A stretch of 20,000 nt of DNA, from IMG/VR virus record IMGVR_UViG_3300018080_006410; one strand, 5' to 3'. The position numbers and the translations under genes are program-made. This document shows positions 1 to 9,400 of this stretch, one piece after another. The notes beneath the pieces are model-generated. The model worked only from the letters and a program-made list of their open reading frames with translations. It made no database searches and was not told the DNA's origin. The DNA comes from an uncultured virus (IMG/VR IMGVR_UViG_3300018080_006410). Taxonomy: Duplodnaviria; Heunggongvirae; Uroviricota; Caudoviricetes. How positions within the stretch are numbered: the first letter of the stretch is position 1; every line of letters begins with the position of its first letter.

Positions 1-265
1 TGGCATCCCCGAGCAACCCCTTCGCGAACAGGTCAACCAGGTGCTCCGAACGCCAAACCTCGACCATGTCCAGCCTGACCACCCTCTCCAGCGGCTCCGG
101 CTCCATGAAGCAGCCTACGTCCTCGACGTCCTCGTTCCCCCACAGCAGCTCCCGCAGCGCCGTCTCGACGACCACCCTCTCGTCAGGATGACGCAGACGG
201 AACTCCCTGATGGCCGGCGTGGCCATCAGCACCCCCTCCACCGTCGGCACCGTCCTCACTATCAT
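1..265 (-). CDS. Glycosyltransferase family 9 (heptosyltransferase-like), N-terminal part, runs off the window edge
   Basis: Not in the ORF track. ATG at 265 overlaps the stop of the upstream gene (ATGA). Manual translation MIVRTVPTVEGVLMATPAIREFRLRHPDERVVVETALRELLWGNEDVEDV... resembles the GT9 N-terminus (GDvlmatPairalk..yP...i.v......ll..nP.vd.v). Open to position 1. Confidence 0.7.
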   Translation of the reverse strand, partial: MIVRTVPTVEGVLMATPAIREFRLRHPDERVVVETALRELLWGNEDVEDVGCFMEPEPLERVVRLDMVEVWRSEHLVDLFAKGLLGDA

Positions 266-2319
266 ACTTCCACCCCGTGCTCAATCAGGATAAATGCCCT
301 GTTCCTCGCCTCCGCCTCCGCGGATGCCGAGACGCCCTTCCACTTCTTGATCTTGTTGCAGTGGCGGTAGGCGTAGCCTGCGTCCATCATCCTCATACTC
401 AGATCGAGCGCCAGCCACGGCCCCCCGAGCTCCATCCTGTCGTCGAACATGCCGACCTCCTCATATGCCCTCCTGGACAGGACCAGGCAAGCCCCGTCGA
501 CATGCGGAAAACCATGGTCCGTCACCATCGTCGTCCCAACAAGGCCCGCCCGCTCGTCCCTGAACAGGTCGACCAGATGCCGGACCCACCCCTTCCACGG
601 CTCGAAGTCGTCACGCGCGACGCAGATGAAATCGCCGGACGTCCGGCTCACGCCGTCGTTCATGGCCGCGCCCCACGTCCTGGTCGGCGTCCACGCGACC
701 GACACGGCATCACCCCCGAGGGCCCGCGCCACGGCCTCCCTGGCCAGCGCCGCCTGATCCACCGAGCCGCGAATGAGCATCAGCACCTCGATGGCGTCAT
801 TCACATGAAGCTCTCGGACCCTCTCGACGGCGCCATCGACGTCATCCCCGTCATGGACCGCGACCACGCTGAACATCGGACGCCCCGGGACCGGCTTCCA
901 TCTCCTCGGCTGCTCCGACCTCGTCGTCGGCGTCGCCACCCTCCACGGCCTGTGCTCGACCGGATCACCCCCAGGCAGCCCCAGCACGATCTCGTCGCCG
1001 AGATGGTCGTCGACCAGCCGCGCCGTGATCCCGACATGGCCGTCCGGCCCCCTCGGCATGCAGTTCGGGCAGCTCGGGCAGACCTCCAGGGCCCTCGGCA
1101 CCTTCATGGCCTCGGCAATGGCGTACGGGAAGCTCTGATTGCCCACGAACAGCTTTGACCCCCTGATGACCGAGGCCAGCTCCAGAACCGACAGCGGACC
1201 CGCCATTCCCACGTTGACCCCGGTCTCCTTGACGAACGCCTCGTGCTCGTCCTCGAAGCCGACGAAGACGCATCTGGACTCGTGCGGCTTCAGGACCGCC
1301 CAGTCCATGGGCCCGTGGTACCTGGAGCTCCTGGCCACGACGATATCCGCCTCGTGCAGAGGCTCAACCGTCCCCGGGTCGATCCACGGCATGGCCAGGT
1401 CGCGCTCCACCCCGAACCTGTCGAGGTGCTGCCTGGCCAGATGCTCGCCCTCGGTCGGGAGGTCCCTGAACAGGTCCAGGTCCCAATCCGGCTCCGAGCC
1501 GTCCCACCTTACCACGTCCTCGACGTACGGCTGCCTCCTCAGAAGCTCGGCCAGCTGCGCCAGGTCCTTTTCGCTCATCGGCCTGCCGACGTACCTCTCC
1601 GGATCGATCGCCACCGCCAGGACGCCCCCGCCGAGAGCCTCCATGGCCGGGAGCGAGTAGATGATGTCGCCCCGGGCGCCGGAGTGCTTGAACACGCCCC
1701 TTCCGGGAACCACCTGCGCCCGGCGTATCACCACCTCCAGGAACGCCTCGGCCCCGTCGCTCCTCCTGGTCTGGTCGACGCCCCTCTTGGAACGGTCGTA
1801 CCCCGTGTCGACGACCTGCAACCTGCGAACGTGATAGCCATCCAGGCCCGCGAGCATCTCGGCCACGTTGACCGACATCTCGCTCCACGACTCGGCCTTC
1901 CATATCGTGAAGGTGTACTTGTGATCCCTGTTCCACCTGGACGGCCAGACGCCCTGCTCGTAGAGGTCCTCGTCGGGGACCGTCAGGACCAGGTGGCCTC
2001 CCGGCCTCAGCAGCGCGAGCCACTGGAGGAGGGCGTCCCTCGGCCTGGACATGTGCTCCAGGCAGTTCGACGAGTGCACGAAGTCGTAGGCGCCCTTGCG
2101 ACCCTTCGGGAACCGGAGTATCTCCTCGGCGTTACCGTCCTGGCGGTCGAACGTCTCCACCGAGACCACGCCCTCCCACCACTCGCTCAGGAACGGATCG
2201 TCCCCGGAGCCTATGTCAAGCCCGCGCCCGACGAAGACCTCGTCCCAGAACGGGTCCTTGACGCGTCTTCTGTACGCCTTGCTCGTCTCTCTCATTCCCC
2301 ACCTCTTGTTCTTGGCCAC
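262..2319 (-). CDS. Multidomain fusion: class I SAM-dependent methyltransferase + GT9/GT-B-like domain + GT2-like domain (685 aa)
   Basis: N-term GLDIGSGDDP, YDFVHSSNCLEH, LRPGGHLVLTVP (Methyltransf_11-like); middle HSGARGDIIYSLP and FVGNQSFPYAIAEAMKVP (GT9-like); C-term FSVVAV, WGAAMNDGV, GDFICVARDD, DGACLVLSRRAYEEVGMFDDR (GT2-like). Confidence 0.8.
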   Translation of the reverse strand: MAKNKRWGMRETSKAYRRRVKDPFWDEVFVGRGLDIGSGDDPFLSEWWEGVVSVETFDRQDGNAEEILRFPKGRKGAYDFVHSSNCLEHMSRPRDALLQWLALLRPGGHLVLTVPDEDLYEQGVWPSRWNRDHKYTFTIWKAESWSEMSVNVAEMLAGLDGYHVRRLQVVDTGYDRSKRGVDQTRRSDGAEAFLEVVIRRAQVVPGRGVFKHSGARGDIIYSLPAMEALGGGVLAVAIDPERYVGRPMSEKDLAQLAELLRRQPYVEDVVRWDGSEPDWDLDLFRDLPTEGEHLARQHLDRFGVERDLAMPWIDPGTVEPLHEADIVVARSSRYHGPMDWAVLKPHESRCVFVGFEDEHEAFVKETGVNVGMAGPLSVLELASVIRGSKLFVGNQSFPYAIAEAMKVPRALEVCPSCPNCMPRGPDGHVGITARLVDDHLGDEIVLGLPGGDPVEHRPWRVATPTTRSEQPRRWKPVPGRPMFSVVAVHDGDDVDGAVERVRELHVNDAIEVLMLIRGSVDQAALAREAVARALGGDAVSVAWTPTRTWGAAMNDGVSRTSGDFICVARDDFEPWKGWVRHLVDLFRDERAGLVGTTMVTDHGFPHVDGACLVLSRRAYEEVGMFDDRMELGGPWLALDLSMRMMDAGYAYRHCNKIKKWKGVSASAEAEARNRAFILIEHGVEV

Positions 2320-2344
2320 ACCCGACCGCTGACGGCAGCCACGC

Positions 2345-3241
2345 TCACGGCCTTCCCCCCGACTCCGAGACGCCGAAGAACTTCCTCACGCCGAGCCCGT
2401 CGTACGCCACCACCTCCCTCTTCACGCCGCCCCCGTAGACATCCTTCTCCCCGAGGCTCCGTCTCGCCCCCTCCATGACGGACCACGACCTCGCGATCTG
2501 CCTGAGCCGCTTCATGAAACCCTTCGGCTTCGCGTCCTCCAGCGACAGCTGGCCGGTCAGCCACGACGAGTAGAGTCCAATCTCGTTGTCGTTCGACGCC
2601 AGGATGATGTCATGCGGGACGCCCACGTCCACCGCCATCACCCTCTCGGCGAAGCCCTCGTCGACCGAGCACGTGTCGTGCAGCAGAAGGACGTACTTGT
2701 TCCCTTTCCCCTCTGCCGCCAGCCCCGCGAAGCCCTGCATGTCCCACGGGACGAAGACGAACCTGACACCGTCACGCTCCTCCTCCCTCGGGTCCTTCCT
2801 GGCCCCGCAGACGACAACCTCGACGTCTCCGGACTCCACCCCGGCCCTGGCCAGCGACTTCAGCAGCCGCGGCATCGTCTGCTCGTGATAGTCGACATGG
2901 CTCGACACCGCCACCGAGAAGTCGGTCCCGAGAGGCTCGTACGGCCAGATGGCGACCCGGGCGAAACCTTTCGAGCTTGCGCTCGTCACGTCCTCCCCGA
3001 CGATCCGGCAGCCGCCGTACCCCGCCTCCAGGCCGTCGAGGCGGTGCAGCACCCGGTCCTTCTGGTCCAGGACCAGGAGAGCGCCCCCGTCGACATCCCA
3101 GTCCCCCGGGTGCGTCAGCGTCAGGCTGCCCATCCTTCGGTAGTACGAGTTCCCCTTTATGTTGCGCGCCAGCGTCAGCCTCCTGTCGCACAGCTCCTCC
3201 TGGACCGACTCGTGCGTGAACGGGAACGTCGGGGTCTTCAT
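2345..3241 (-). CDS. Hypothetical protein with a putative GT-A-like C-terminal domain
   Basis: 298 aa ORF in the operon; C-half has FSVAVSSH...TMPRLLKSL...VEVVVCG...YVLLLHDTC, consistent with a GT-A Rossmann start and a DxD-position variant; N-terminal ~100 aa unassigned. Confidence 0.55.
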   Translation of the reverse strand: MKTPTFPFTHESVQEELCDRRLTLARNIKGNSYYRRMGSLTLTHPGDWDVDGGALLVLDQKDRVLHRLDGLEAGYGGCRIVGEDVTSASSKGFARVAIWPYEPLGTDFSVAVSSHVDYHEQTMPRLLKSLARAGVESGDVEVVVCGARKDPREEERDGVRFVFVPWDMQGFAGLAAEGKGNKYVLLLHDTCSVDEGFAERVMAVDVGVPHDIILASNDNEIGLYSSWLTGQLSLEDAKPKGFMKRLRQIARSWSVMEGARRSLGEKDVYGGGVKREVVAYDGLGVRKFFGVSESGGRP

Positions 3242-3244
3242 CTT

Positions 3245-4084
3245 TCACCTCACTTCTATTCCGAACCTTTCTCCAATGACCTCTATCGCCCTGGCATGGT
3301 AAGTGGGCTCGAACTCCTTGCCGGCCAGCCCGGGGACGCTCTGCGACCTGCCGCCCCACCACGTGTGCCAGACCCAGCCTGCGTAGTCGCACGGGTTCGG
3401 CTTGTAGCCCTCCCCGAACGACACCAGCTCATACTTCCACATCTTCATCCTCTTGCCCTCGGCCTCGCAGTCGATGGCCATCTGCTCGCCAGTGTCCGTC
3501 TCCGGCCAATGGTCCATGAAGGTATGGTCCCGAACCCATCTCGTCCAGCCGAACAGGTAGGACGGGCAGACGTAGCTCTTCAGCTTCCGGCCCCAGCCCC
3601 TGTCAATCCCGGCCAGAACCGTGTCCTCGTCCAGGAACAGGGCCGGCGTCGTCCAGGCCGGGCTCACCGGGAAGGCGTCTGAGCAGAGGGTGCAGGCGAT
3701 GTTCTTCGAGGCGTGCCGGACGAGGCGGTCCAAGGCTTCCCCGTGCCGCATGGAGTTATTGGCCCCCTTGAGAAGAATCACATCGTCCTGATCCGACAGC
3801 CACTCCGGCGTCCCGTCGGTGGACCCGTTGTCGTAGATCAGAATCTCGTAGTCGACCATCCTCGTCAGCTTCCTGATCTGGGAGATGGCCACCTTCGTGT
3901 AGGGAAGCACGTTCCAGGTCAGAATGCAGATCGAGATTCCCCCCAGGTCCCGGCGCCTCTGAAGCTCGCCGAGCCAGTCAGCCAGCATCCCGTGCTCTGC
4001 CGCGCAAACCTCGCCCGTCAGACACGAGTGAAACTTCTCCAAGGCATGCTGTTTAGCAGCCTCAAGTGTCATCCACTCACTCAT
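3245..4084 (-). CDS. Glycosyltransferase family 2 (GT-A) with a short N-terminal helical extra domain
   Basis: ISICILTWN...YEILIYDNGSTDGTPEWL is the classic GT2 N-terminal signature; TLCSDAFP at the DxD position; ATGA overlap with the upstream ORF. Confidence 0.85.
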   Translation of the reverse strand: MSEWMTLEAAKQHALEKFHSCLTGEVCAAEHGMLADWLGELQRRRDLGGISICILTWNVLPYTKVAISQIRKLTRMVDYEILIYDNGSTDGTPEWLSDQDDVILLKGANNSMRHGEALDRLVRHASKNIACTLCSDAFPVSPAWTTPALFLDEDTVLAGIDRGWGRKLKSYVCPSYLFGWTRWVRDHTFMDHWPETDTGEQMAIDCEAEGKRMKMWKYELVSFGEGYKPNPCDYAGWVWHTWWGGRSQSVPGLAGKEFEPTYHARAIEVIGERFGIEVR

Positions 4085-4383
4085 CGGACCTCGTCCTCTC
4101 CGACTATCACCTCTCCCGGCTCCGGTCCCGTCCTCAACCTCATCCCGAACAAGGTAGTTCTGCCCGTCTGGACCGGGTCCAGGTGCGGCAAAGGCCCGAC
4201 CTTCACGGCCTGGGCGCTCAATCTCTCGTACAGGTGGTCCGAGACCACCACCGCGTCAACCGGCCCCCTTGTCCCTTCCGCCCTCGACATGGCCATCGCC
4301 ACGTCGTCGACGGTCAAGGCGTATGTCGCATCAACCTCGGACGAGGTCGTTCGCCCTGGCGTAGCTCTCCTCGGTCCCTGCAT
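4081..4383 (-). CDS. Small hypothetical protein (true start uncertain, probably downstream of 4331)
   Basis: Fills the gap between the nucleotidyltransferase and the GT2 gene; its stop overlaps the next ATG. The ORF-track start overlaps the upstream gene by 53 nt. Confidence 0.5.
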   Translation of the reverse strand: MQGPRRATPGRTTSSEVDATYALTVDDVAMAMSRAEGTRGPVDAVVVSDHLYERLSAQAVKVGPLPHLDPVQTGRTTLFGMRLRTGPEPGEVIVGEDEVR

Positions 4384-5056
4384 CGGTCCACCATCCTTTC
4401 ATGGTCGAGAACGACAACTCGCCCCTAATAAGGTACGCGTTATTCACGTCCGTGATCTCCAGCTCTCCCCGCTCACTCGGCCCCAGGCCGTCCACGATCT
4501 CGAAGACGGAGCTGTCATAGAAGTAGATTCCAGTCACGGCCATGTTCGACTTCGGCTTCTCCGGCTTCTCCTCGATGCCGACGATCTCCCTCAGCTCGGC
4601 GTTCACCTCGGCCACCCCGAACCGCCACGGGTCGGACACCTTCTTGAGCACCACCATCGCCCCGTAGTCCACGTCCCTGTACTCCAGGAACGCCTGGACG
4701 AACGGCCCCAACGGGTCCTTGAAGATGTTGTCCCCGAGAAGGACGCACATGGAGTCCCCCTCCCGAACGAAGCCGCGCGCCAGCCCGAGAGCCTCGGCGA
4801 TCCCGCCAGCCTGGTCCTGGACCCTGTACGTGGTCTGGCAGCCGTACTCGGCCCCGCTCCCGAGGAACTCGGCCATGTGGCCCACGTGCTCGCCGCCGGT
4901 CACGACCATGATGTCCTCGATCCCGGCCTCCACCATCTTCTCGACGCAGTGCTGGAGCATCGGCTTCACCCCGACCGGCAAAAGATGCTTGTTGGTCACT
5001 TTAGTCGCCGGCATCAACCTCGTTCCCTTGCCACCCGCCAGTATAACGCCCTTCAT
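4331..5056 (-). CDS. rmlA: Glucose-1-phosphate thymidylyltransferase, short form (RmlA/SpsI-like sugar nucleotidyltransferase)
   Basis: Start MKGVILAGGKGTRLMPATKVTNKHLLPV; QDQAGGIAEAL, LGDNIF, FGVAE, IEEKPEKPKSNMAVTGIYFYD, SERGELEITDVN, WWTDAGT. Start moved to ATG 5056 (ATGA overlap with upstream stop); 241 aa. Confidence 0.9.
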   Translation of the reverse strand: MKGVILAGGKGTRLMPATKVTNKHLLPVGVKPMLQHCVEKMVEAGIEDIMVVTGGEHVGHMAEFLGSGAEYGCQTTYRVQDQAGGIAEALGLARGFVREGDSMCVLLGDNIFKDPLGPFVQAFLEYRDVDYGAMVVLKKVSDPWRFGVAEVNAELREIVGIEEKPEKPKSNMAVTGIYFYDSSVFEIVDGLGPSERGELEITDVNNAYLIRGELSFSTMKGWWTDAGTEESYARANDLVRG

Positions 5057-5259
5057 GTCTTTCCCTTTCGTCGTTCTGCCACCTTGAGCCCGTGAATCCT
5101 CAACGCCTTGGCGACGACCGTCCACTGCGCAACCGGCCACATCGACTTGAAGTCGATCAGCGTGTCGCCAATCTCACCCGCCAACTCAGCCCCCAACTCC
5201 CGATCCTCGTCGGTCGTCGGCAACTCGGAATGATGCCTGTCCAGCTTCTCTATCCTCAT
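5053..5259 (-). CDS. Small hypothetical protein (68 aa)
   Basis: ATGA overlaps at both ends with neighbouring genes; protein-like composition. Confidence 0.65.
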   Translation of the reverse strand: MRIEKLDRHHSELPTTDEDRELGAELAGEIGDTLIDFKSMWPVAQWTVVAKALRIHGLKVAERRKGKT

Positions 5260-6152
5260 CCCTCAACCCTCCACGAGTCGAACCCGAACAGCCTCTTCAT
5301 CTTCTCGGCCGCCACCTCCTCCTCCCGGTCCAGGGCGTACCGGTGGGAGACCGCGTCGTCCAGCAGCCACTCCGCCCCGCCCTCCTCCAGGACCCGGTCC
5401 AGGGCCCATCCGAAGCTCCTCCTCAGAGCCGCGTCGCCGCCGCACGCCGACACCCTGGTGTGGCCCCCGTGATGGTAGACCATGTCCCCGTAGACCACCC
5501 CGACCTGCCTGTTCAGCTCCGGATCGAAGTCGGTCATGGAGAGCGGGCACCGGCTCGGCATGAAACCCTCGCACCGGAGCCCCATGGTCTTTATCAGCTT
5601 GACCACCTCCAGGCCCGTGTCGTCCCCGTCCGCGAAGCCGACCCCGAAATGGGTCGCGAACTCCCTCGGGACAAGCTGGCACGCCACGTGCGTCGACTCC
5701 CAGCAGTGCTGGCTCCTGACTCTCCACTCGATCGTGTCCCGACCCATGTCGGCCGGAGGGGGCGCCCACGGATGCAGGATGCCCGCCGCTCCGACGCCGG
5801 CACGGACCACGCCGGCATGGAGCCCAGCCAGCCACCCGTCGGCCACCGGCAGGCAGTCGGAGTCGAGAGTCAGGACGAACGGAGCCCCATGGCGCGCCAC
5901 GCCTGACGCCAGGGCCTCGTCCAGCATCCTCCCGTGGACCCCTGGCCCGTCCAGCACGTCGACCCTCAGCACCATGGCCGTGGAGGGACAGAAGGCCCCC
6001 AGGACGCCGTCCAGCTCTCCTGGCTCGGCGTCCCGGGTCACGATCAGGAACTCGTAGTCCATCTTGGTGTGGCGGACGACGGCCCTGGCGCACGCCTCCA
6101 TCATGCGAAGCGTGCCGGTCCGGTAGCAGCAGACTATCGTGACCGCGCTCAC
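5256..6152 (-). CDS. GT-A fold glycosyltransferase, paralog of 3245..4084
   Basis: Probable GTG start at 6152 (GTGA overlap with upstream stop). VTIVCCY...YEFLIV...HGRMLD...FVLTLDSDCLPV (DxD)...DDTG...VYHHGG aligns by eye with HGEALD...TLCSDAFPV...TDTG...VWHTWWGG of 3245..4084. Confidence 0.75.
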   Translation of the reverse strand: MSAVTIVCCYRTGTLRMMEACARAVVRHTKMDYEFLIVTRDAEPGELDGVLGAFCPSTAMVLRVDVLDGPGVHGRMLDEALASGVARHGAPFVLTLDSDCLPVADGWLAGLHAGVVRAGVGAAGILHPWAPPPADMGRDTIEWRVRSQHCWESTHVACQLVPREFATHFGVGFADGDDTGLEVVKLIKTMGLRCEGFMPSRCPLSMTDFDPELNRQVGVVYGDMVYHHGGHTRVSACGGDAALRRSFGWALDRVLEEGGAEWLLDDAVSHRYALDREEEVAAEKMKRLFGFDSWRVEG

Positions 6153-6496
6153 CAATCGACTTCCGTGACCCCGGTCGACGGAGCCTCCTTGTCCTTGGAC
6201 TTGGCGTACTGCACCGCGACCCGCTCGGCCTCGGCCTCCTTGATGATCTCGGTCGTCCCCGCCTTCACGTCGCGCGAGATGGCCTTGGTGGAGTCCATGA
6301 TGGTCATGCCCGGCCTCGCGGCCGGCCCGGTGCCGCCGAGCATAACGCACTTGACGCCGTCCATGGCTCCAGCCTCGCGCCTCTCCTTCTCCGGAGGCAG
6401 TATCCCCACCTCCAGCACCTTGTAGACACAGACCCCGAACACGTCGTCCCGCGTCTTCGTCTTAACCCTGAGACAGTCTCCCGGCTTCAGCATCAT
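6149..6496 (-). CDS. Hypothetical protein (~115 aa)
   Basis: AAAGGAGG RBS precedes TTG-ATG-ATG (MMLKPGDCLRVKTK...); overlaps the dnaE 3' end; stop coupled to the next GTG. Confidence 0.7.
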   Translation of the reverse strand: MMLKPGDCLRVKTKTRDDVFGVCVYKVLEVGILPPEKERREAGAMDGVKCVMLGGTGPAARPGMTIMDSTKAISRDVKAGTTEIIKEAEAERVAVQYAKSKDKEAPSTGVTEVDW

Positions 6497-9400
6497 CAAC
6501 GTCCTCCTTTGTGAACACCACGCAATCACCATCGTCGTCGAAGAAGCGTTGGCCGCCATCCTCGAACCTCTTCATCGGGACCAGCGCCACGTCGCCAGTC
6601 TCGAACTCGTCCTTGAACCTCTGCTTTCCACCCTCGAACACGTAGAACATGATCGAGTCTATCCCGTCGTCCAGAAACACCTTCCACATCGGGTTCCCGT
6701 TCCTGGACGTGTGGTTGACAATCGAGTCTATCCGGCCGAAGAGGCGCACCCTGTCCCGGATCGCCTCCTCCCCTATGGTCTGGGCCTTGGCCTCCGATAT
6801 CAGGGCCCCGCACCTCTTCACCAGCGGGTCGACCGACATCACGAGCCCGCACATCTCGCGCTCCTTCTCCAGCCACTCGTCGTCCGACAGCTCGACGGGG
6901 GGCGTCTTCTGCTTTCGCAGCTCGGCGAACTTGGCCGCCACCTCGTTCCGGGCACCGAAAGAGTCAAAAGCCCCAGCATACAGCAAGCTCTCAAAGACCC
7001 TCTTGTTGAGCTTCTGCTTCGTCGCCTTGTAGGTCCCGTCCTTCTGCTTCCGGTTGACGGTCGCCATCACCCGAGCGTTGAAATCCTCGATGCCCGTGAA
7101 CGGCTGCGCCGCCTCGATCTCCGTCGCCGACGTCGCCACGTTCTTGACGTGCCCCAGCGAGAACCGGATGGACGGCCCCTCCAGCCTGAACCCCACGCCG
7201 CTCCTGGAGACGTCCGGGGGCAGCATGTCGATCCCCCGGCGCCTGGCGTAGTTGACGTACCGGACCAGGATGTTCGAGGAGCCGTGCTTCTTCTTGCCCT
7301 GCTTCGTGTTGTTGAGCAGCGCCGCCATGTACTCCACCAGGTAGTTGTGCTTCAGCCACAGCTCCACCGTCGTGATCGCGCTGTAGGTGATCGCGTGTGA
7401 TTTGTTGAACCCGTATTTTGCGAATTTCACGACCAACTCCCACAGGTCCTCCACCTGCCTCGTCGTCACCTCACCGGAGTCGATCCTCGGCTGCGCCCCG
7501 TTGACAAAGTCCTCCTTGACGCTCCTCATCAGCTCCACGTTCTTCTTCCCGCACGCGCGCCGAAGCCTGTTAGCCTTGGGCCCGTCGAAACCGCAGAGGG
7601 CCTGGCTTATCTGCATCATCTGCTCCTGGTAGACGATGATCCCGTAGGTCGGCGCCAGTATCTCCCGGATGCAGTCGAGCACCTCGTACGGCTGCCCGTG
7701 CTTCCTCCTGGCGTACTCCATGTCCATGCCCATGTCCTTCGGACCAGGCCGGATGAGGGACGTGATCGCGGCCACGTCGTTCAGCGACTCCATGCCCACC
7801 TCGGCCACTATCGGCATCGTGGCCGGGTTCTCGAACTGGAAGATGCCAACCAGGTCCCTCCTGGCCTCCTGCCGGATGGAGTTCCGGTCGTCAATAGGAA
7901 TCTCGTCCCGAATCGGCCTGACCCCATGCCTGTCCTCGATGAAGCTGATGCAATCGGCTATCACCGGGAGGTTGTTGAGCCCCAGGATGTCGTACTTCAC
8001 CAGGCCGAGCTCGCTGAGCTCCTGCACAGTGCCGGACTCGGCCCAGGCGGACAGGATGCCGCCCTTGGAGTCCCTCAGGACCGGGATGCGCCCCTTCAGG
8101 CTACTCCCCGATATGATGACGCCACCCGCGTGCTTGCCCATGTTGCTGACCTGGTTCCGGATGATCTCGGCATGGAAGCGGACCTCCGGGTTGCGGTCCA
8201 GGTAGTCGGCCAGCTCCGGGTAGTGGGCGCAGACGTCGTCCAGGTCCATCTTGTCGACGATCTCCTCGTCGCCCTCGTCCCCGACCTCGAACGACTTCAG
8301 CGGCTCCAGCTTCTTCGTCACCGCGTTGGCCTCGTGGACGTCCAGGGCCAGAACCCTGGCGACGCCGAGTATGACAGCCCTGGTCTTGTAGGTCGAGTAG
8401 GTCCCGATGGAGCAGACGTTGTCCTCCCCGAAGACCTTGACAATATGGCCCTTCACCCACTCCCTCACCCGCGGGTCGAAGTCGGTGTCGATGTCCGGAG
8501 CATCCCGGCGCCCCTCATCCAGGAACCTCTCGAAAAGGAGGCCGTGCTCCAGCGGGTCACAGTCCGTCAGTCCGAGGCAATAGGAGACCAGGCTCCCAGC
8601 GGCGCTCCCTCTCCCATACCCGACGGCCCACTCGCCGAACTTCTCCTTGGCGTCAGCCACGATCCTGTCCATGATCAGGAAGTAGTCGGCCCACCCGAGC
8701 TTGGTGATGACCGCGAACTCGTGCCTGACCCTGTCCAGGTAGTCCTGGACGTCCACCCTCCTGCCGATCCCGCGCTCGCCGAAGCCGGCGTTCACCTTCC
8801 GGCGCAGCATCTCCGCGCCGTTGTCGTAGAGCTTCGGAAGCTGAATCGTCGGATCGAACCTGATGGGGTCGGCCGCGACCGCCACCCTCCTGGTGTTCGC
8901 CATGGCCTCGACGAACACCTCCTCGGTGAAGACGTCGTCCCGGAACGGCCCGTGCCTGCCGCCCTTCTTATCGACGAAGCCGTTCTCAAAGACGTCCCGC
9001 ATGGCCGCGGCGTCCCGGTAGTAGAGGTTCGCCACCTGGAAATTCCAGACCTCCTCCTCGCTCTCCCTCTTGTCCAGCACGGTCTTGCCCTGGCGCATCA
9101 TGAGAAGCAGGTCGTGGGTGTTCGCGTGAGTCGCGTCCAGGTAGTGGGAGTCTGATGCCAGCATGAACTTGGCCCCGACCTCGCGACCGAACTCGATCAA
9201 GCGCCGGTTGACCTCCCGCTGCTCCTCGTACTCGATGATCTGGAGCTCGACGTAAAACTCGTCGAAGGCCTCCTCGTAGAGCCGGTAGATGCGCTCGGCC
9301 TCCTCCCTCGCGGCCTTCACGAAGACAGCGCAGGCCGCCAAGTACTCGGCGTCCGTCTCGCCCGTGTCGCGTTCCGGCGGCTCGTAGTCCTTCTTGGCCT

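Noticed and set aside
6153..6350. ORF-track N-terminal extension of the GT at 5256..6350
   Set aside because: Overlaps the 6149..6496 gene out of frame; the GTGA-coupled start at 6152 fits better.
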